Assembly: GCA_035524735.1 (NCBI GenBank)
Contig: DATKOH010000121.1
Coordinates: forward strand, 1-49,425
DNA length: 49,425 nucleotides
Direction of reading: 5' to 3'
Origin: Gemmatimonadaceae bacterium
GTDB lineage: Bacteria > Gemmatimonadota > Gemmatimonadetes > Gemmatimonadales > Gemmatimonadaceae
The notes under the pieces: generated by a model
What the model was told of the DNA's origin: nothing
What the model saw: the letters and a program-made list of their open reading frames with translations, nothing else
Databases searched by the model: none
Part shown: positions 1-12,577 of the stretch, piece after piece
How positions within the stretch are numbered: the first letter of the stretch is position 1
How the letters are laid out: every line of letters begins with the position of its first letter
Translations under genes and position numbers: made by a program

Positions 1-2129
1 CGTATCCCCATCTCCCGCGTGCGCTGCAGCAGCAGATAGCTCATCACGCCGTAGACGCCGACGATGGCGAGCAGCACGGCGAGCCCCGCGAAGAGGCCCG
101 CCAGCGCCAGCGCGAAACGGCGCGGGGCGATGTCGTGGTCCACGAGCGATGCCAGCGACCGGACCTTCCATACGGGCTGGTCGCGGTCCACGCTCCAGAT
201 CGCGCCCCGCAGCGCGTTCGCGAACGCATCGGGGTCGCCCGACGTGCGCGCCACCACGCTGCTGAAGATGTCCGGCTGCTGCGCCGTCGCCTCGTAGATC
301 TCGGCACTCGGCGGATCGTCCAGCCCGCGCTGCTTGAGATCCTCCACCAGCCCCACCACCGTCACCCAGCGGTCGGGCGGGCCGAGCAGCTTCACCCGCC
401 GCCCCAGGGGATCCTGTCCCGGCCACGCCGCGCGCGCGAAGCTGCGGCTGACGATGGCCACCGGCGGCGCACCTGCGCGGTCGTTCGCGTCGAAATCGCG
501 GCCCGCCACGATGGGCATCCGCATCGTGCGGAAGAAGCGGTCGCTGATCACGTTGTCCAGCGCGGCGGGCTTCGGATCCGGCGTCGCGACGCCGTCGAGC
601 TCGTACGTGACCCGGCCGAAGTTCCCGCTGAGCGGCACCGCTTCCACGAGCGCGGCGTCGGTGACCCCCGGCACGCGGCGGATCGCCGCGAGCGCGCTGG
701 CGTGGAACCGGTCGATCTCCTCCGGCGTGCGGTACTTGGTGATGGGCAGCCGGTACTCCGCGGTGAGCACGTGGGACGCATCGAAGCCCGGGTCGACGCG
801 CCGGAGCGCGAGCAGCGAGCGCGTGAGCAGCCCCGCGCCCACGAGCAGCACCGTGCAGAGCGCGAGCTGCGCCACGACCACTCCCTCGCGTCCGCGCCCG
901 CCGCCACCGCCGCCCCGCGACCGTTCATCGATCGCGGTGCGCAGTCCGATCCGGCCGGCGTAGAGCGCGGGCGCCGCGCCGAACAGGAGCCCCGCCCCGA
1001 GCGTCGCCGCCGCGGTGTACGCGAGGACGCCGCCATCGAGCCCGATGTCCGCGAACTGCGGGATCCCGCCGGGCACCGACGCGGCCAGCAGCCGGATCGT
1101 CCAGCCCGCGAGGAGCACGCCAAGCCCCCCGCCGATCGCCGAGAGCAGCAGGTTCTCGGTGATCAGCTGGCGCACGAGCCGCGTCCGTCCCGCCCCGAGC
1201 GCCGCGCGCAGCGACAGCTCCCGTCGCCGTGCGGTGGCGCGCGCCATCTGCAGGTTCGCCACGTTGGCGCACGCGATGAGCATCACCACCGCCACGAATC
1301 CGAACACCGTGAGCAGCACCGGCCGGAGCTGCCCGACCATGAGCTCGCGCAGGGGGATGAGGTTCGCGTCCATGCCGCCGTTCGTCGCCGGATACGCCGC
1401 CGCCAGGCGCGCCGAGATCGCCGAGAGGTCCTGCTGCGCCTGCGCCAGCGTGACACCGGGCTTGAGCCGCCCGATGGTCCACATGCCGAACCCGCCGCGC
1501 TCCGCCCAGTTCGGCGCCGGCGCGGAGGTGATGGGCAGCCAGACCTCGATCGCGCTCTGCGGCTCGTGGAAGCCCGCCGCCGTCACCCCGATCACGGCGT
1601 GCGGGCGCCCGTTGAGCGTGATCGAGCGGCCGATGATCGCCGGATCGCCGCCGAAGCGCCCCACCCACGTGCCGTGCGAGATCACCGCCACCGCCTGTCC
1701 CGTCCCTGGCGCCGTCTCCTCCGGCGTGAAGAGGCGCCCGCGCTCGGCGCGCGCGCCGAGGATGGAGAGCGTGTTCGCGGTGATGAAGGTGCCGATCAAC
1801 CGGTCGGGCGCATCGACGCCCGTGAGGTTCACGCTCTGGCTGCGCTCGACGCCGATGTCCTCGAACGTGTGGTTCTCGGCGCGCCACGCGAGCACGTCGG
1901 GGTACCCGAGGAGCAGGATCCGCTCGCTCCCGCGGCGGGCGAACCCGACCACGAGCCGGTCGGGCTCCGGGTACGGGAGCGCGCGCAGCAACAGCCCGTT
2001 CACCATGCTGAACACGGCGGTGTTGGCGCCGATGCCCAGGCCGAGCGTCGCGACCGCCGCGAGGGTGAACACCGGGCTCCGCCGGAGCGCGCGCGCGGCG
2101 TAGCGCAGGTCCTGCCACAGTGTGTCCAT
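1..2129 (-). CDS. ABC transporter permease, duplicated FtsX/MacB-type (ADOP-like); C-terminus cut by window edge
   Basis: Minus-strand frame is open from the ATG at 2129 to position 1 with no stop, so it is absent from the ORF track. My translation starts [60 protein letters not shown], the stereotyped N-terminus of MacB-like permeases. An FtsX-type segment ([16 protein letters not shown]) lies at the edge. It sits directly downstream of the ATPase gene. Confidence 0.85.
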   Translation of the reverse strand, partial: MDTLWQDLRYAARALRRSPVFTLAAVATLGLGIGANTAVFSMVNGLLLRALPYPEPDRLVVGFARRGSERILLLGYPDVLAWRAENHTFEDIGVERSQSVNLTGVDAPDRLIGTFITANTLSILGARAERGRLFTPEETAPGTGQAVAVISHGTWVGRFGGDPAIIGRSITLNGRPHAVIGVTAAGFHEPQSAIEVWLPITSAPAPNWAERGGFGMWTIGRLKPGVTLAQAQQDLSAISARLAAAYPATNGGMDANLIPLRELMVGQLRPVLLTVFGFVAVVMLIACANVANLQMARATARRRELSLRAALGAGRTRLVRQLITENLLLSAIGGGLGVLLAGWTIRLLAASVPGGIPQFADIGLDGGVLAYTAAATLGAGLLFGAAPALYAGRIGLRTAIDERSRGGGGGGRGREGVVVAQLALCTVLLVGAGLLTRSLLALRRVDPGFDASHVLTAEYRLPITKYRTPEEIDRFHASALAAIRRVPGVTDAALVEAVPLSGNFGRVTYELDGVATPDPKPAALDNVISDRFFRTMRMPIVAGRDFDANDRAGAPPVAIVSRSFARAAWPGQDPLGRRVKLLGPPDRWVTVVGLVEDLKQRGLDDPPSAEIYEATAQQPDIFSSVVARTSGDPDAFANALRGAIWSVDRDQPVWKVRSLASLVDHDIAPRRFALALAGLFAGLAVLLAIVGVYGVMSYLLLQRTREMGI

Positions 2130-2155
2130 GGGGCCCTCGCGCGAGAGGGGAGGTC

Positions 2156-2869
<714 letters not shown>

Positions 2870-2884
2870 GGGGGTTCTCCTCGG

Positions 2885-4129
2885 TTACTTGAGACGGACT
2901 CGTTCCACGTTGTCGTACTGCGTCATGTCCGAGAGGATCACGACGTCGCCCACCGCGAGACCGCTCACGATCTCCACCGTGGTGACCGAGCTCCGTCCCA
3001 GGACCACCGGCACGCGCACCGCGGCGCCGCCGCCCTCCACCACCTTGAACAGCCCCACCTGCCCGGAGCCCGCGCCGTACGCGGGGCGCCCGGTGTAGAG
3101 CACGTTCTTGAGCTGCGCGATCTTGATCGTGCCGTCCACGGAAAGATCGGGCACCGCGCCCGCGGGGAGCGCGCCGTCGAGCGAGATGTCCACCGTCACG
3201 GTGCCGTTCGTCGCCGAGGGATCCTTGCGCGCGACGTGCCCCGCGACGATGCCGTTGCGCGTGTCGACGGAGGCCGCCTGCCCGATCTGCACGTCCTTCG
3301 CCTGCGTCTCGGGGATGCGGATCACCGCCTTCAGCTTCCCCGGCTGCACCACCTTCGCGAGCGTCGTCCCCTCGGTGACCCACTGCCCGGGCTGGAGGGT
3401 GAGTTCCTGCACGATCCCCGCGTCGGGGGCGCGCACCTGCAGCCCCTGCGCGCGCTGGCGCTGGAAGGCGGCGATCGCCTTGAGGCGCCCCACCTGCTCC
3501 GTCTGCACGGCGATCTGCGAATCGACCACCACCGACATGAGCGCGAGCCGCTGGCGCTCGACGTTGTAGCGCGTCTCCATCTCCTGCGCCGCCGCCCGCT
3601 TGGTGTTCGCGTCGAAGGGGGAGATGAGCTGCTTCGTGACGAGCGACTCCGCGGCCGACGCGTCCTGGCGCGCGGTGATGAGGTTCGTGCGCGCCGTCGC
3701 GACCACCCCCTCCTCCTGCAGCCGCTGCGAGTTGAGGTTGGTGCGCATCGTGTACAGGTCCTGCCGCGACTGGTCGTAGTTGCGCTCGGCCTCGAGCGCC
3801 TGGATCTCGACGTCGGGGTTGGACATGTCCAGGAGGACGTCGCCCGCGTTCACGCGCTGTCCCGACTGCACCACCAGCCGGTCGATGCGCGCGGAGGTCT
3901 GCGCGGTGATCCAGCGGATGTGCTCGGGGACGAGAGTGCCGGGACCGCGCACCTCGATGGCGATGTCGCCGCGGCGCACGGAGTCGCGCAGCAGCGTGGC
4001 CACATCCACCGACGGCGCGGCGGGACTCAGCCGCCCCACGGCGATCGTCACGAGGATGACGCCGGCGATGCCGGCGCCGATCAGGATGTTGCGATTGGTC
4101 TTCTTCTTGGGGGTGCGTGCGACGTCCAC
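2885..4129 (-). CDS. HlyD/MacA-family periplasmic adaptor (membrane fusion protein)
   Basis: This is the C-terminal 414 aa of track ORF 2885..5287. An in-frame GTG at 4129 gives VDVARTPKKKTNRNILIGAGIAGVILVTIAV (basic N-terminus plus one TM helix), followed by coiled-coil and beta-barrel regions typical of MacA/HlyD. The upstream 386 aa of the track ORF are Ser/Ala/Arg junk. The exact start is uncertain. Confidence 0.85.
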   Translation of the reverse strand: MDVARTPKKKTNRNILIGAGIAGVILVTIAVGRLSPAAPSVDVATLLRDSVRRGDIAIEVRGPGTLVPEHIRWITAQTSARIDRLVVQSGQRVNAGDVLLDMSNPDVEIQALEAERNYDQSRQDLYTMRTNLNSQRLQEEGVVATARTNLITARQDASAAESLVTKQLISPFDANTKRAAAQEMETRYNVERQRLALMSVVVDSQIAVQTEQVGRLKAIAAFQRQRAQGLQVRAPDAGIVQELTLQPGQWVTEGTTLAKVVQPGKLKAVIRIPETQAKDVQIGQAASVDTRNGIVAGHVARKDPSATNGTVTVDISLDGALPAGAVPDLSVDGTIKIAQLKNVLYTGRPAYGAGSGQVGLFKVVEGGGAAVRVPVVLGRSSVTTVEIVSGLAVGDVVILSDMTQYDNVERVRLK

Positions 4130-4490
4130 GTGCCGCTGGGTTCGGGTGAGCGCGTTCGATGGGTGCCGGAAGTGCAAGGCGCGTGCCGCACGCGATGCGC
4201 GCGCCGGAGCGCCGCATCGCGTGGTTAGAGAGCCGAACGGGTCCCAGGGTTGCTGGGTTTCGTCCGGTATCGGGACCGGATGTCCGAACGTGGCACGAGG
4301 AAGGCGCGGAGGCGAGTGCGATCCCGGTCCGACTTCGCACACGACAGCGCACCGGTCGCTCGACAATAGTATGGTAGCGACTGGAAACCGAATGAAACCC
4401 GAATCTCGCATGCACAGGTCGGGACTCCTCCTACAGCAGAGAGGCGCTTCCCGCCTCACGGGATCGCCCCCCATCCGGCACCGTAAACGG

Positions 4491-4841
4491 GTGACGCATG
4501 CCGCCCCGAAGTCCCCACCCGCGCCGCGCGGCCATGACGCGCTCAGCGCCCTGCTCGAGACCGAGGAGGCGCTGCGTTCTCGCATGGACGCCGCGCGGGC
4601 GGAGGCGGAGGCGATCCTCGCCGGCGCGCGCGAGCGCGCGGCGGCGGCGGACGCGGGGCTGGGTGACGCGATCGCGCGGGAGGTCGCCGCGCTGGACGTG
4701 CGCCACGGGCGCGAGGTGCAGGCCGAGCTCGCCGCGATCGATGAGCGGGCGCGCGCCGACGCCGCGCGCTTCGCGGCGGTGGATGGGGAGCGCGCGCGCA
4801 CGCTGGCGGCGCGGGTGGTGGCACGGGTGTACGGCGCCTGA
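4491..4841 (+). CDS. V/A-type ATPase small peripheral-stalk subunit (G/H-like), putative
   Basis: Ala/Glu/Arg-rich predicted coiled coil (ALSALLETEEALRSRMDAARAEAEAILAGARERAAAAD...) sits immediately upstream of subunit I, as in Thermus/Enterococcus-type operons. The start is uncertain: GTG at 4491 or ATG at 4584, both in frame with track ORF 3780..4841. Confidence 0.5.
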   Translation: MTHAAPKSPPAPRGHDALSALLETEEALRSRMDAARAEAEAILAGARERAAAADAGLGDAIAREVAALDVRHGREVQAELAAIDERARADAARFAAVDGERARTLAARVVARVYGA

Positions 4842-4859
4842 GCGCCGCGGGAGCGCACG

Positions 4860-6740
4860 ATGATCATCCCGATGGCGAAAGTGCGGCTGATCGGTCCGCG
4901 CGGGCGGCTGCCGGAGGCGCTGGCGGCGCTCCAGGACATCGGGCTGCTGCATCTCGCCGACGCGGGGCGCGACGAGCCGGTGCAGGCGCTCGCGCTCACG
5001 CCGCGCGAGCAGCGGCTCCAGCGGCAGCTCACGCGCATCCTCGAGGACACGGACGCGGCGCTCGCCGAGATGCACGCCGCGGGGCGGCGCTCGGCCGCGG
5101 CCTCGGGCACGCCGGACCTGCCGGCGATCGCGCGCCGCGCGCGGCGTGCGCGCCGCGCCGCCGACGCGATCGAGAAGCGCGCGGCCGGCCTCGCGGAGGA
5201 GAAGGCGCTGATCCTCAAGTACCGCGACTTCTTCGCGGCCTTCGAGCACGCGCTGGAGGGCGTGGCCCGCTTCCCGCACCTCACCACCTACGCGGCCGTG
5301 GTGCCGGCGCACGAGCGCGCGGTGATCCCGCAGCTCGGCGACGCCCTGCGGAAGGAGGTGGGGCCGGAGTTCGCGATCTCGACGCACGAGCTGGCGAGCG
5401 GGGACGTGGCGCTCCTGCTCGTGCTGCCGAAGAGCTTCGCGGCCCGCATCGAGCGCGCGCTGGCCGACGCGCGGCTCCCCGAGATCCCGATGCCCGCCGG
5501 TTACGCCGGCGCGTCGCTGTCGGAGGCCGTGCCGCGCATGCTCGAGCGGCTGAAGACGATCCCGCGCGACGCGCAGGCGCTGGCGCGCGAGCGGACACAG
5601 CTCGCCGAGGAGCACGCCCCGGCGCTGCTCGCGGCGCGGGGGCCGATGCACGACCGTCTGCTCGAGCTCGAGGCGGTGTCGCGCTGCGGCGTCACCGCGC
5701 ACGCGTTCACCGTGGAGGGGTGGCTGCCCACGAGCTCGATGCTCCGGCTCGAGTCGGAGATCTCCAAGCGCTTCGGCGACGACGTGGTGCTCGAGACGAT
5801 CGCGCGCGAGAAGTGGACGGCGCGCGACGCGCCGGTGGTGCTCGCGAACCCGCGCGTCTTCCGCCCCTTCGAGCTGCTGGTGCGCGTGATGCCGCTCCCC
5901 GCCTACGGCACGATCGACCCGACGCCCTTCGTGGCGGTCTTCTTCCCGCTGATCTTCGGCATCATGCTCGGCGACGTGGGCTACGGGCTGATGCTGCTGG
6001 CGATCGCGATGCTCATCCGCCGGAAGGCGGCGCCCGCCTCGGCGATGCGGAAGGTGGGCGACATGGCGGTGCCGATGGCGGTGTTCACGATGATCTTCGG
6101 CGTGCTGTACGGGGAGTTCTTCGGCGACATGGGGCAGCGGCTCTTCGGGATGAAGCCGGTGCTCTTCGACCGCGCGGAGGGGGTGCTGGCCGCGCTCGCG
6201 CTCGCGGTGGGGCTGGGCTTCGTGCACGTGGTGCTCGGTCTCGTGCTCGGCGCGCTGAGCCTGCGCCGCAGCGAGCCGCGGCACGCGATCGGGAAGGGGG
6301 TGACGGCGGCGATGGTGCTGCTGATCGTGGCGGCGCTGCTCGCCGCGTTCGAGGTGCTGCCGAAGGCGCTCTTCATGCCCGCGGTGATCGCGCTCCTCGT
6401 GGCGTTCCCCATCCTGATCCTCACGGAGGGGCTGGTGGCGCCGGTGGAGCTGCTCGCGAGCGTGGGCAACGCGCTCAGCTACGCGCGCATCATGGCGCTC
6501 GGCACGGCGAGCGTGATGCTCGCGGTGGTGGCGAATCGCATGGTGGGGACGATGGGGAGCGTCGCGATCGGGCTGATCTTCGCGCTGCTCTTCCATCTCG
6601 TGAACTTCGCGATCGGGCTCTTCGGCCCGACCATCCATGCGCTGCGTCTGCATTACGTGGAGTTCTTCGGGAAGTTCTACAGTCCGGGCGGGCAGCCGTA
6701 CCGGCCGTTGGCGCACTGGTCCCCCGGCGCGCCGCGTTGA
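4860..6740 (+). CDS. atpI: V/A-type ATPase subunit I (membrane a-subunit)
   Basis: 626-aa track ORF. N-terminus MIIPMAKVRLIGPRG is followed by a soluble coiled-coil half and a C-terminal polytopic membrane half. First large gene of the I-K-E-C-F-A-B-D order. Confidence 0.9.
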   Translation: MIIPMAKVRLIGPRGRLPEALAALQDIGLLHLADAGRDEPVQALALTPREQRLQRQLTRILEDTDAALAEMHAAGRRSAAASGTPDLPAIARRARRARRAADAIEKRAAGLAEEKALILKYRDFFAAFEHALEGVARFPHLTTYAAVVPAHERAVIPQLGDALRKEVGPEFAISTHELASGDVALLLVLPKSFAARIERALADARLPEIPMPAGYAGASLSEAVPRMLERLKTIPRDAQALARERTQLAEEHAPALLAARGPMHDRLLELEAVSRCGVTAHAFTVEGWLPTSSMLRLESEISKRFGDDVVLETIAREKWTARDAPVVLANPRVFRPFELLVRVMPLPAYGTIDPTPFVAVFFPLIFGIMLGDVGYGLMLLAIAMLIRRKAAPASAMRKVGDMAVPMAVFTMIFGVLYGEFFGDMGQRLFGMKPVLFDRAEGVLAALALAVGLGFVHVVLGLVLGALSLRRSEPRHAIGKGVTAAMVLLIVAALLAAFEVLPKALFMPAVIALLVAFPILILTEGLVAPVELLASVGNALSYARIMALGTASVMLAVVANRMVGTMGSVAIGLIFALLFHLVNFAIGLFGPTIHALRLHYVEFFGKFYSPGGQPYRPLAHWSPGAPR

Positions 6741-6758
6741 TCTCACAGGGAGCGGACT

Positions 6759-6986
6759 ATGACGTACATCTGGGCGGCAGTCGCGGCGGCGGGCGTGATG
6801 GTGTTCACGGCCCTCGCCACCGCGTGGGCGCAGTCCCGGATCGGCACCGCGATCTCCGCGGCGCTCGCCGAGAAGCCGGAGCTCGGCGCGCAGGCGGTGA
6901 TCATGGTGGCGATCCCCGAGACGATGGTGATCCTCGGCTTCGTGGTCGCGGTGCTGATCATCCTGCGCGCGGGAGGCGCCGGGTGA
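6759..6986 (+). CDS. atpK: V/A-type ATPase proteolipid subunit K (c-ring), single hairpin
   Basis: 75-aa track ORF with two hydrophobic helices joined by an AEKPELG loop. The carboxylate lies in IPETMVILGF (E54). A GGGAG motif precedes the ATG. Confidence 0.9.
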   Translation: MTYIWAAVAAAGVMVFTALATAWAQSRIGTAISAALAEKPELGAQAVIMVAIPETMVILGFVVAVLIILRAGGAG

Positions 6987-7567
6987 GCGACGGCGACAAG
7001 GCCCGGGCGCTGCTCTCGAAGCTCGCGGCCGATGGGGAGCGCGAGGCGGCGGCGATCGTGGCGCGCGCCCGCGACGAGGCGGCGCGGCTCGAGGGGGAGG
7101 CGGCGGCGCGGGCGGCGCGCGCCGTGGAGGACGCGCGCACGGCGCACCTCGCGCTGACGGCGGAGCGCGAGAGCGCGGCGCGCATCGAGGCGAAGGCGCG
7201 GGCACGCCGCTCGGCCCTCGGCGCCCGGCAGGAGATGGTCGACCGCGTGCTCGAGGCGGCGCGCGGCATGCTCGCGGCCGCGGAGACGCCCGAATGGCTG
7301 GCGCGCGCGGTGGCCGACTCGGTGGCGTACCTGCCGGACGGGGCCGCGGTGCTTCGCTGCGCACCGCGCGACGCGGGCGCGGTGCGCGCGCTCGCCGCCG
7401 CCCGCGCGGCGACCACGGTGACGCCGGACGACGGCATCGCCGCCGGCGTGCGCACGGAGATGGCCGACGGGTCTTTGGTGGTGGACGCGACCGCGGAGAC
7501 GCGGCTCGCGCGGATGCGCGGCGCGCTGGCGATCGAGCTGGCGGCCGCGGTGGAGGGCGCGCCGTGA
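6983..7567 (+). CDS. atpE: V/A-type ATPase subunit E
   Basis: GTG at 6983 overlaps the atpK stop (GTGA). The 194-aa product VSDGDKARALLSKLAADGEREAAAIVARARDEAARLE has an N-terminal coiled coil and a globular C-terminus. Operon position supports the call. Confidence 0.8.
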   Translation: MSDGDKARALLSKLAADGEREAAAIVARARDEAARLEGEAAARAARAVEDARTAHLALTAERESAARIEAKARARRSALGARQEMVDRVLEAARGMLAAAETPEWLARAVADSVAYLPDGAAVLRCAPRDAGAVRALAAARAATTVTPDDGIAAGVRTEMADGSLVVDATAETRLARMRGALAIELAAAVEGAP

Positions 7568-8499
7568 GCGAGGCCTGGGGCGACGTCGTGGCGCGCGCGG
7601 CGGGACTGAGCACGCGGCTCGTGGGCGGCGACACGCTGCGCACGCTGGCGCGCACGCCCGACCTGCCGTCGCTCTGGTCATCGCTCGAGCGGCTCGCTCC
7701 GGAGTACCTGCCGGCGGCCGAGCGGCGCGCGCCGAGCCCGCCGCTGCTGGAGCGCGCGGCGCGCCGCGTGATGGGAGCGCGCCTCGCGGTGCTCGCGCGG
7801 TGGTGCGGCGGCCGGGTGACGCGCATCGCGCCGGTGTACGAGGCGGAGGACCACCGCTCGATCCGCGCCGCGCTGCGCGGCGCGGCGGCGGGCGCGCCCC
7901 CCGATGAACGGCGCGCCGGGCTGATCGCGACGCCGTCGCTGCCCGAGGCGGCGCTCGACGAGCTCACGCAGCAGCCGACCACCGCGGCGGTGGCCGCGCT
8001 GCTCGCGGCATGGGGGCACCCCTTCGCGAGCGCGATCCTCGAGGAGGCCGCGCGCGAGCAACCGGACCTCTACACACTGGAAGGGCGCCTCGACCTGCGC
8101 TTCACCCGGCGCGCGGAGGCGGTGGCGTACTACGCCGGGGCGCCGTTCAAGGACTGGGTGCGCGTGACCCTCCTCGCGCAGGGCGCGTGGACCGCCGCGC
8201 TCGCCGAGGATCCCGCGGCCGCGCTCGCGCCGCTGGCGCTGGAGATGCCCGCCACGCCGCTCGGCGCGCTGCTCGCGCGCGGCGGCGTGCCCGCGGCGGA
8301 TGCGCTCGACCGCGCGACGATCGAGACGCATCTCGCGGTGCAACGCGCGCACGCGCGGCGCGACCCGATCGGGCTGGGGCCGGTGCTCTACTTCGTGGCC
8401 CGGCTCCGCGCCGAGGTGCGCGACCTGACGCGCATCGCGTGGGGGATCGCGCTCGGCATGCCCGCGCCCGCGCTCGCCGCGGGGGTGGTGGCGCCATGA
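7564..8499 (+). CDS. atpC: V/A-type ATPase subunit C (eukaryotic d-like)
   Basis: GTG at 7564 overlaps the atpE stop (GTGA). The product is 311 aa and helical. Size and position between E and F match subunit C. Confidence 0.75.
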   Translation: MSEAWGDVVARAAGLSTRLVGGDTLRTLARTPDLPSLWSSLERLAPEYLPAAERRAPSPPLLERAARRVMGARLAVLARWCGGRVTRIAPVYEAEDHRSIRAALRGAAAGAPPDERRAGLIATPSLPEAALDELTQQPTTAAVAALLAAWGHPFASAILEEAAREQPDLYTLEGRLDLRFTRRAEAVAYYAGAPFKDWVRVTLLAQGAWTAALAEDPAAALAPLALEMPATPLGALLARGGVPAADALDRATIETHLAVQRAHARRDPIGLGPVLYFVARLRAEVRDLTRIAWGIALGMPAPALAAGVVAP

Positions 8500-8828
8500 T
8501 GCGCGGCAGCGTGCGCGTGATCTCCCGTCCCGGGCTCGCCGACGGCTTCGCGCTCGCGGGGCTGCCGGTGACGGAGCTCGCGGCTGGCCCCGATGCCGGG
8601 CTGCGGGTGGCCGAGCTCGCGCGCGACGAGGGGAACGCGCTCCTCCTCGTGGACGATGCGCTGCTCCCGTTCGTGTCGGACGAGGACCGCGCCGAGCTGG
8701 CGAAGCGCGCCGTGCCGATCGTGATCCCCTTCCCCGCGCCCTCGTGGGAGGAGCAGCCGGCGGAACCGGCGGCGTACATCCTCGCGCTGCTGCAGCGCGC
8801 GATCGGCTACCGGGTGCGACTGCAATGA
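8496..8828 (+). CDS. atpF: V/A-type ATPase subunit F
   Basis: ATG at 8496 overlaps the atpC stop (ATGA). The 110-aa product MMRGSVRVISRPGLADGFALAGLPV...LLLVDDALL matches the subunit F fold pattern and position. Confidence 0.8.
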   Translation: MMRGSVRVISRPGLADGFALAGLPVTELAAGPDAGLRVAELARDEGNALLLVDDALLPFVSDEDRAELAKRAVPIVIPFPAPSWEEQPAEPAAYILALLQRAIGYRVRLQ

Positions 8829-10551
8829 GCGGCGCGCGGATCACCCGCATCGCGGGCGCGCTGGTGGAGGCCGCGCCGCTGAAGGGCGCGGCGCTCTACG
8901 AGCTCGCGCGCGTGGGGGAGCGGCGGCTCATGGCCGAGATCGTGCGCGTGCACGGCCAGTCGGGCACGCTGCAGGTGTACGAGGACACGAACGGCCTCAC
9001 GCTCGGCGAGCCGGTGGAGCGCGAGGGGGACACGCTCTCCGTGATGCTCGGCCCCGGGCTGCTGGGCGGCGTGCTGGACGGCGTGGGGCGCCCGCTCGCG
9101 CGCGTCGCGGAGCAGTTCGGCGACTTCATCGCGCCGGGGGCGACGGCGCCCACGCTCGATGAGAGCGTGAAATGGCGCTTCACCCCGGTGGTGAAGCGCG
9201 GGGCCGACGTGCACGGCGGCGACGTGCTCGGCACGATCGACGAGCGCCCCGGCTTCGTGCACCGCGTGATGGTGCCGCCGGGGGTTGCCGGCCGGGTGAA
9301 GGAGATCCGCGCGGGGGCGTTCACGATCGCGGAGCCGGTGGGCGCGCTCGAGGATGGCACGCCGCTGCGGCTCGCGCACCGGTGGCCGGTGCGGCACGCG
9401 CGCCCGGCGGCGGCGCGGCTCCCGGGGAACCGGCCGTTCATCACGGGGCAGCGCGTCTTCGACTTCCTCTTCCCGGTGGCCGAAGGCGGGAGCGCGGCGG
9501 TGCCCGGGGGGTTCGGCACGGGGAAGACGATCATCGAGCAGTCGCTCGCGAAGTACGCGGAGGCGGACATCGTGGTGTACGTCGGTTGCGGCGAGCGCGG
9601 GAACGAGATGACGGAGGTGCTCTCCGAGTTCCCGAAGCTGATCGACACGCGCACCGGCCGGCCGGTGATGGACCGCGCGGTGCTGATCGTGAACACGTCG
9701 AACATGCCGGTGGCCGCGCGCGAGACGTCGATCTACCTGGGCGCGACGGTGGCGGAGTTCTATCGCGACATGGGGTACCGCGTGGCGCTCATGGTCGACA
9801 GCGCGTCGCGGTGGGCGGAGGCGCTGCGCGAGCTGGCGGCGCGGCTGCAGGAGATGCCGGGGGAGGAGGGATATCCGACCACGCTCGCCTCGCGGCTCGG
9901 CGCGTTCTTCGAGCGGGCGGGGCGCGTGACCGCGGCGGGGACGCCGGCGCGCGAGGGCGCGGTGACGATCATCGGCGCGATCTCCCCGCCCGGCGGCGAC
10001 TTCTCGGAGCCGGTGACGCAATCGGCGCTGCGGGTGAGCGGCGCGCTCTGGGCGCTCGACCCGTCGCTCGCGCACCAGCGGCACTTCCCCGCGGTGGACT
10101 GGGACACGAGCTACTCGCTGTACGCCTCGGCGCTCGCACCCTGGTTCGCGCGCGAGGTGGGGAGCGACTGGGACGAACTGCGCCGGTCGCTCACCGCGCT
10201 GCTGCAGCGCGAGCGCGAGCTGCGCGACATCGCGGCGCTCGTGGGGCCGGAGGCGCTGGAGGACCGCGACCGGCTGACGATGGCGGTGGCGCGCGTGGTG
10301 CGCGAGGTGATCCTGCGGCAGAACGCGTACCACCCGGTGGACTGCGCGAGCACGGCGCAGCGGACGCACGCGCTCGCCTTCACGGCGCGCGAGATCGTGC
10401 GCGCGGGGGAGGCGGCGCTCGCGAAGGGAACGCCGATGTCGCGCATCGACATCGCCGGCGCCGAGCGCGCGCTCGCCGCCCTGCGCGATGCGCCCGAGGC
10501 GGAGCTCGCCGCCGCGCGCGACGCGGCGCTCGCCGCGGTGCGGGGGATGGC

Positions 10552-10555
<4 letters not shown>
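8825..10555 (+). CDS. atpA: V/A-type ATPase catalytic subunit A
   Basis: ATG at 8825 overlaps the atpF stop (ATGA). The product is 576 aa with P-loop GGFGTGKT and motifs VYVGCGERGNEM, ALREISGRL-like ALRELAARLQEMPGEEGYP and SPPGGDFSEPVTQ. Confidence 0.95.
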
Positions 10556-11927
<1,372 letters not shown>

Positions 11928-11931
<4 letters not shown>

Positions 11932-12548
11932 GCGACCTCGAGCGGATCGCCCCCACGCGGGTGAACCTGCTCCGCGCGCGCCGCCAGCTCTCGCAGGTGG
12001 AGAAGGGGGCGGAGCTGGTGCGGCGGAAGCGCGAGGCGCTGGTGGGGGAGCTCTTCCGCCTCGCGCGTCCCGCGATGGGCGCGCGCACGGAGATCGTGCG
12101 GCAGGCATCGCGCGCGTGGCCGGCGCTGCTCGCGTCGCTCGCCGCGCACGGCGACGCGGGGACGCGGGTGCTCGCGTGGCCGGCGCGCCGCCTCACGGTG
12201 GGGGTGGAGCCCGGAGCGGTGTGGGGCATCCCGGTGGCGGAGATCGTGGAGCGGCCGGCGGTGAAGCGCACCCCCGAGGCGCGCGGCACCACGGCGGCGG
12301 GCGCGGGGGCGGCGGTGGCGGCGGCGGACGCGTTCGAGACGCTGGTCGACCTGCTGATCAACGCCGCGACGCGCGAGCAGCAGATCCAGCGGCTGGGCGA
12401 GGCGGTGGCGCGGAGCACGCGCCAGCTGCGCACGCTGGAGCAGCGGATCGAGCCGCAGCTGCGGACGCGCATCTCCTGGGTGCGCGGCACGCTCGACGAG
12501 CGCGAGCGCGAGGAGCACGTGCGGCTGAAGCACCTGCGCCGGGGGTGA
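11928..12548 (+). CDS. atpD: V/A-type ATPase central-stalk subunit D
   Basis: GTG at 11928 overlaps the atpB stop (GTGA). The 206-aa product has PTRVNLLRARRQLSQVEKGAELVRRKREAL at the N-terminus and a C-terminal coiled coil. Confidence 0.85.
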
Positions 12549-12552
12549 CGGC

Positions 12553-12577
12553 GCGGGCGGGCGCCGTCCCCGCCCGC
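12553..12577. terminator. GC-rich hairpin between convergent atpD and hydrolase genes
   Basis: GCGGGCGGG-cgccgtc-CCCGCCCGC forms a perfect 9-bp stem with a 7-nt loop, 5 nt after the atpD stop and abutting the hydrolase stop. There is no U-tract. Confidence 0.4.

Noticed and set aside
4130-5287. N-terminal 386 aa of track ORF 2885..5287, which would make the HlyD-like protein 800 aa
   Set aside because: The extension is Ser/Ala/Arg-rich junk, overlaps the V-ATPase genes on the other strand, and precedes a perfectly good basic-N-terminus-plus-TM start at 4129.
4431-7982. 1183-aa minus-strand ORF, and many other long ORFs in the track (for example 135..2234, 2120..4228, 9172..11931 N-terminal part, 14134..16641, 21280..23661, 38840..41248)
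   Set aside because: Their compositions are dominated by Arg/Pro/Ala/Gly/His with no motifs. Each lies antisense to, or out of frame with, a gene that has clear family motifs. These are classic shadow ORFs of a very GC-rich genome.
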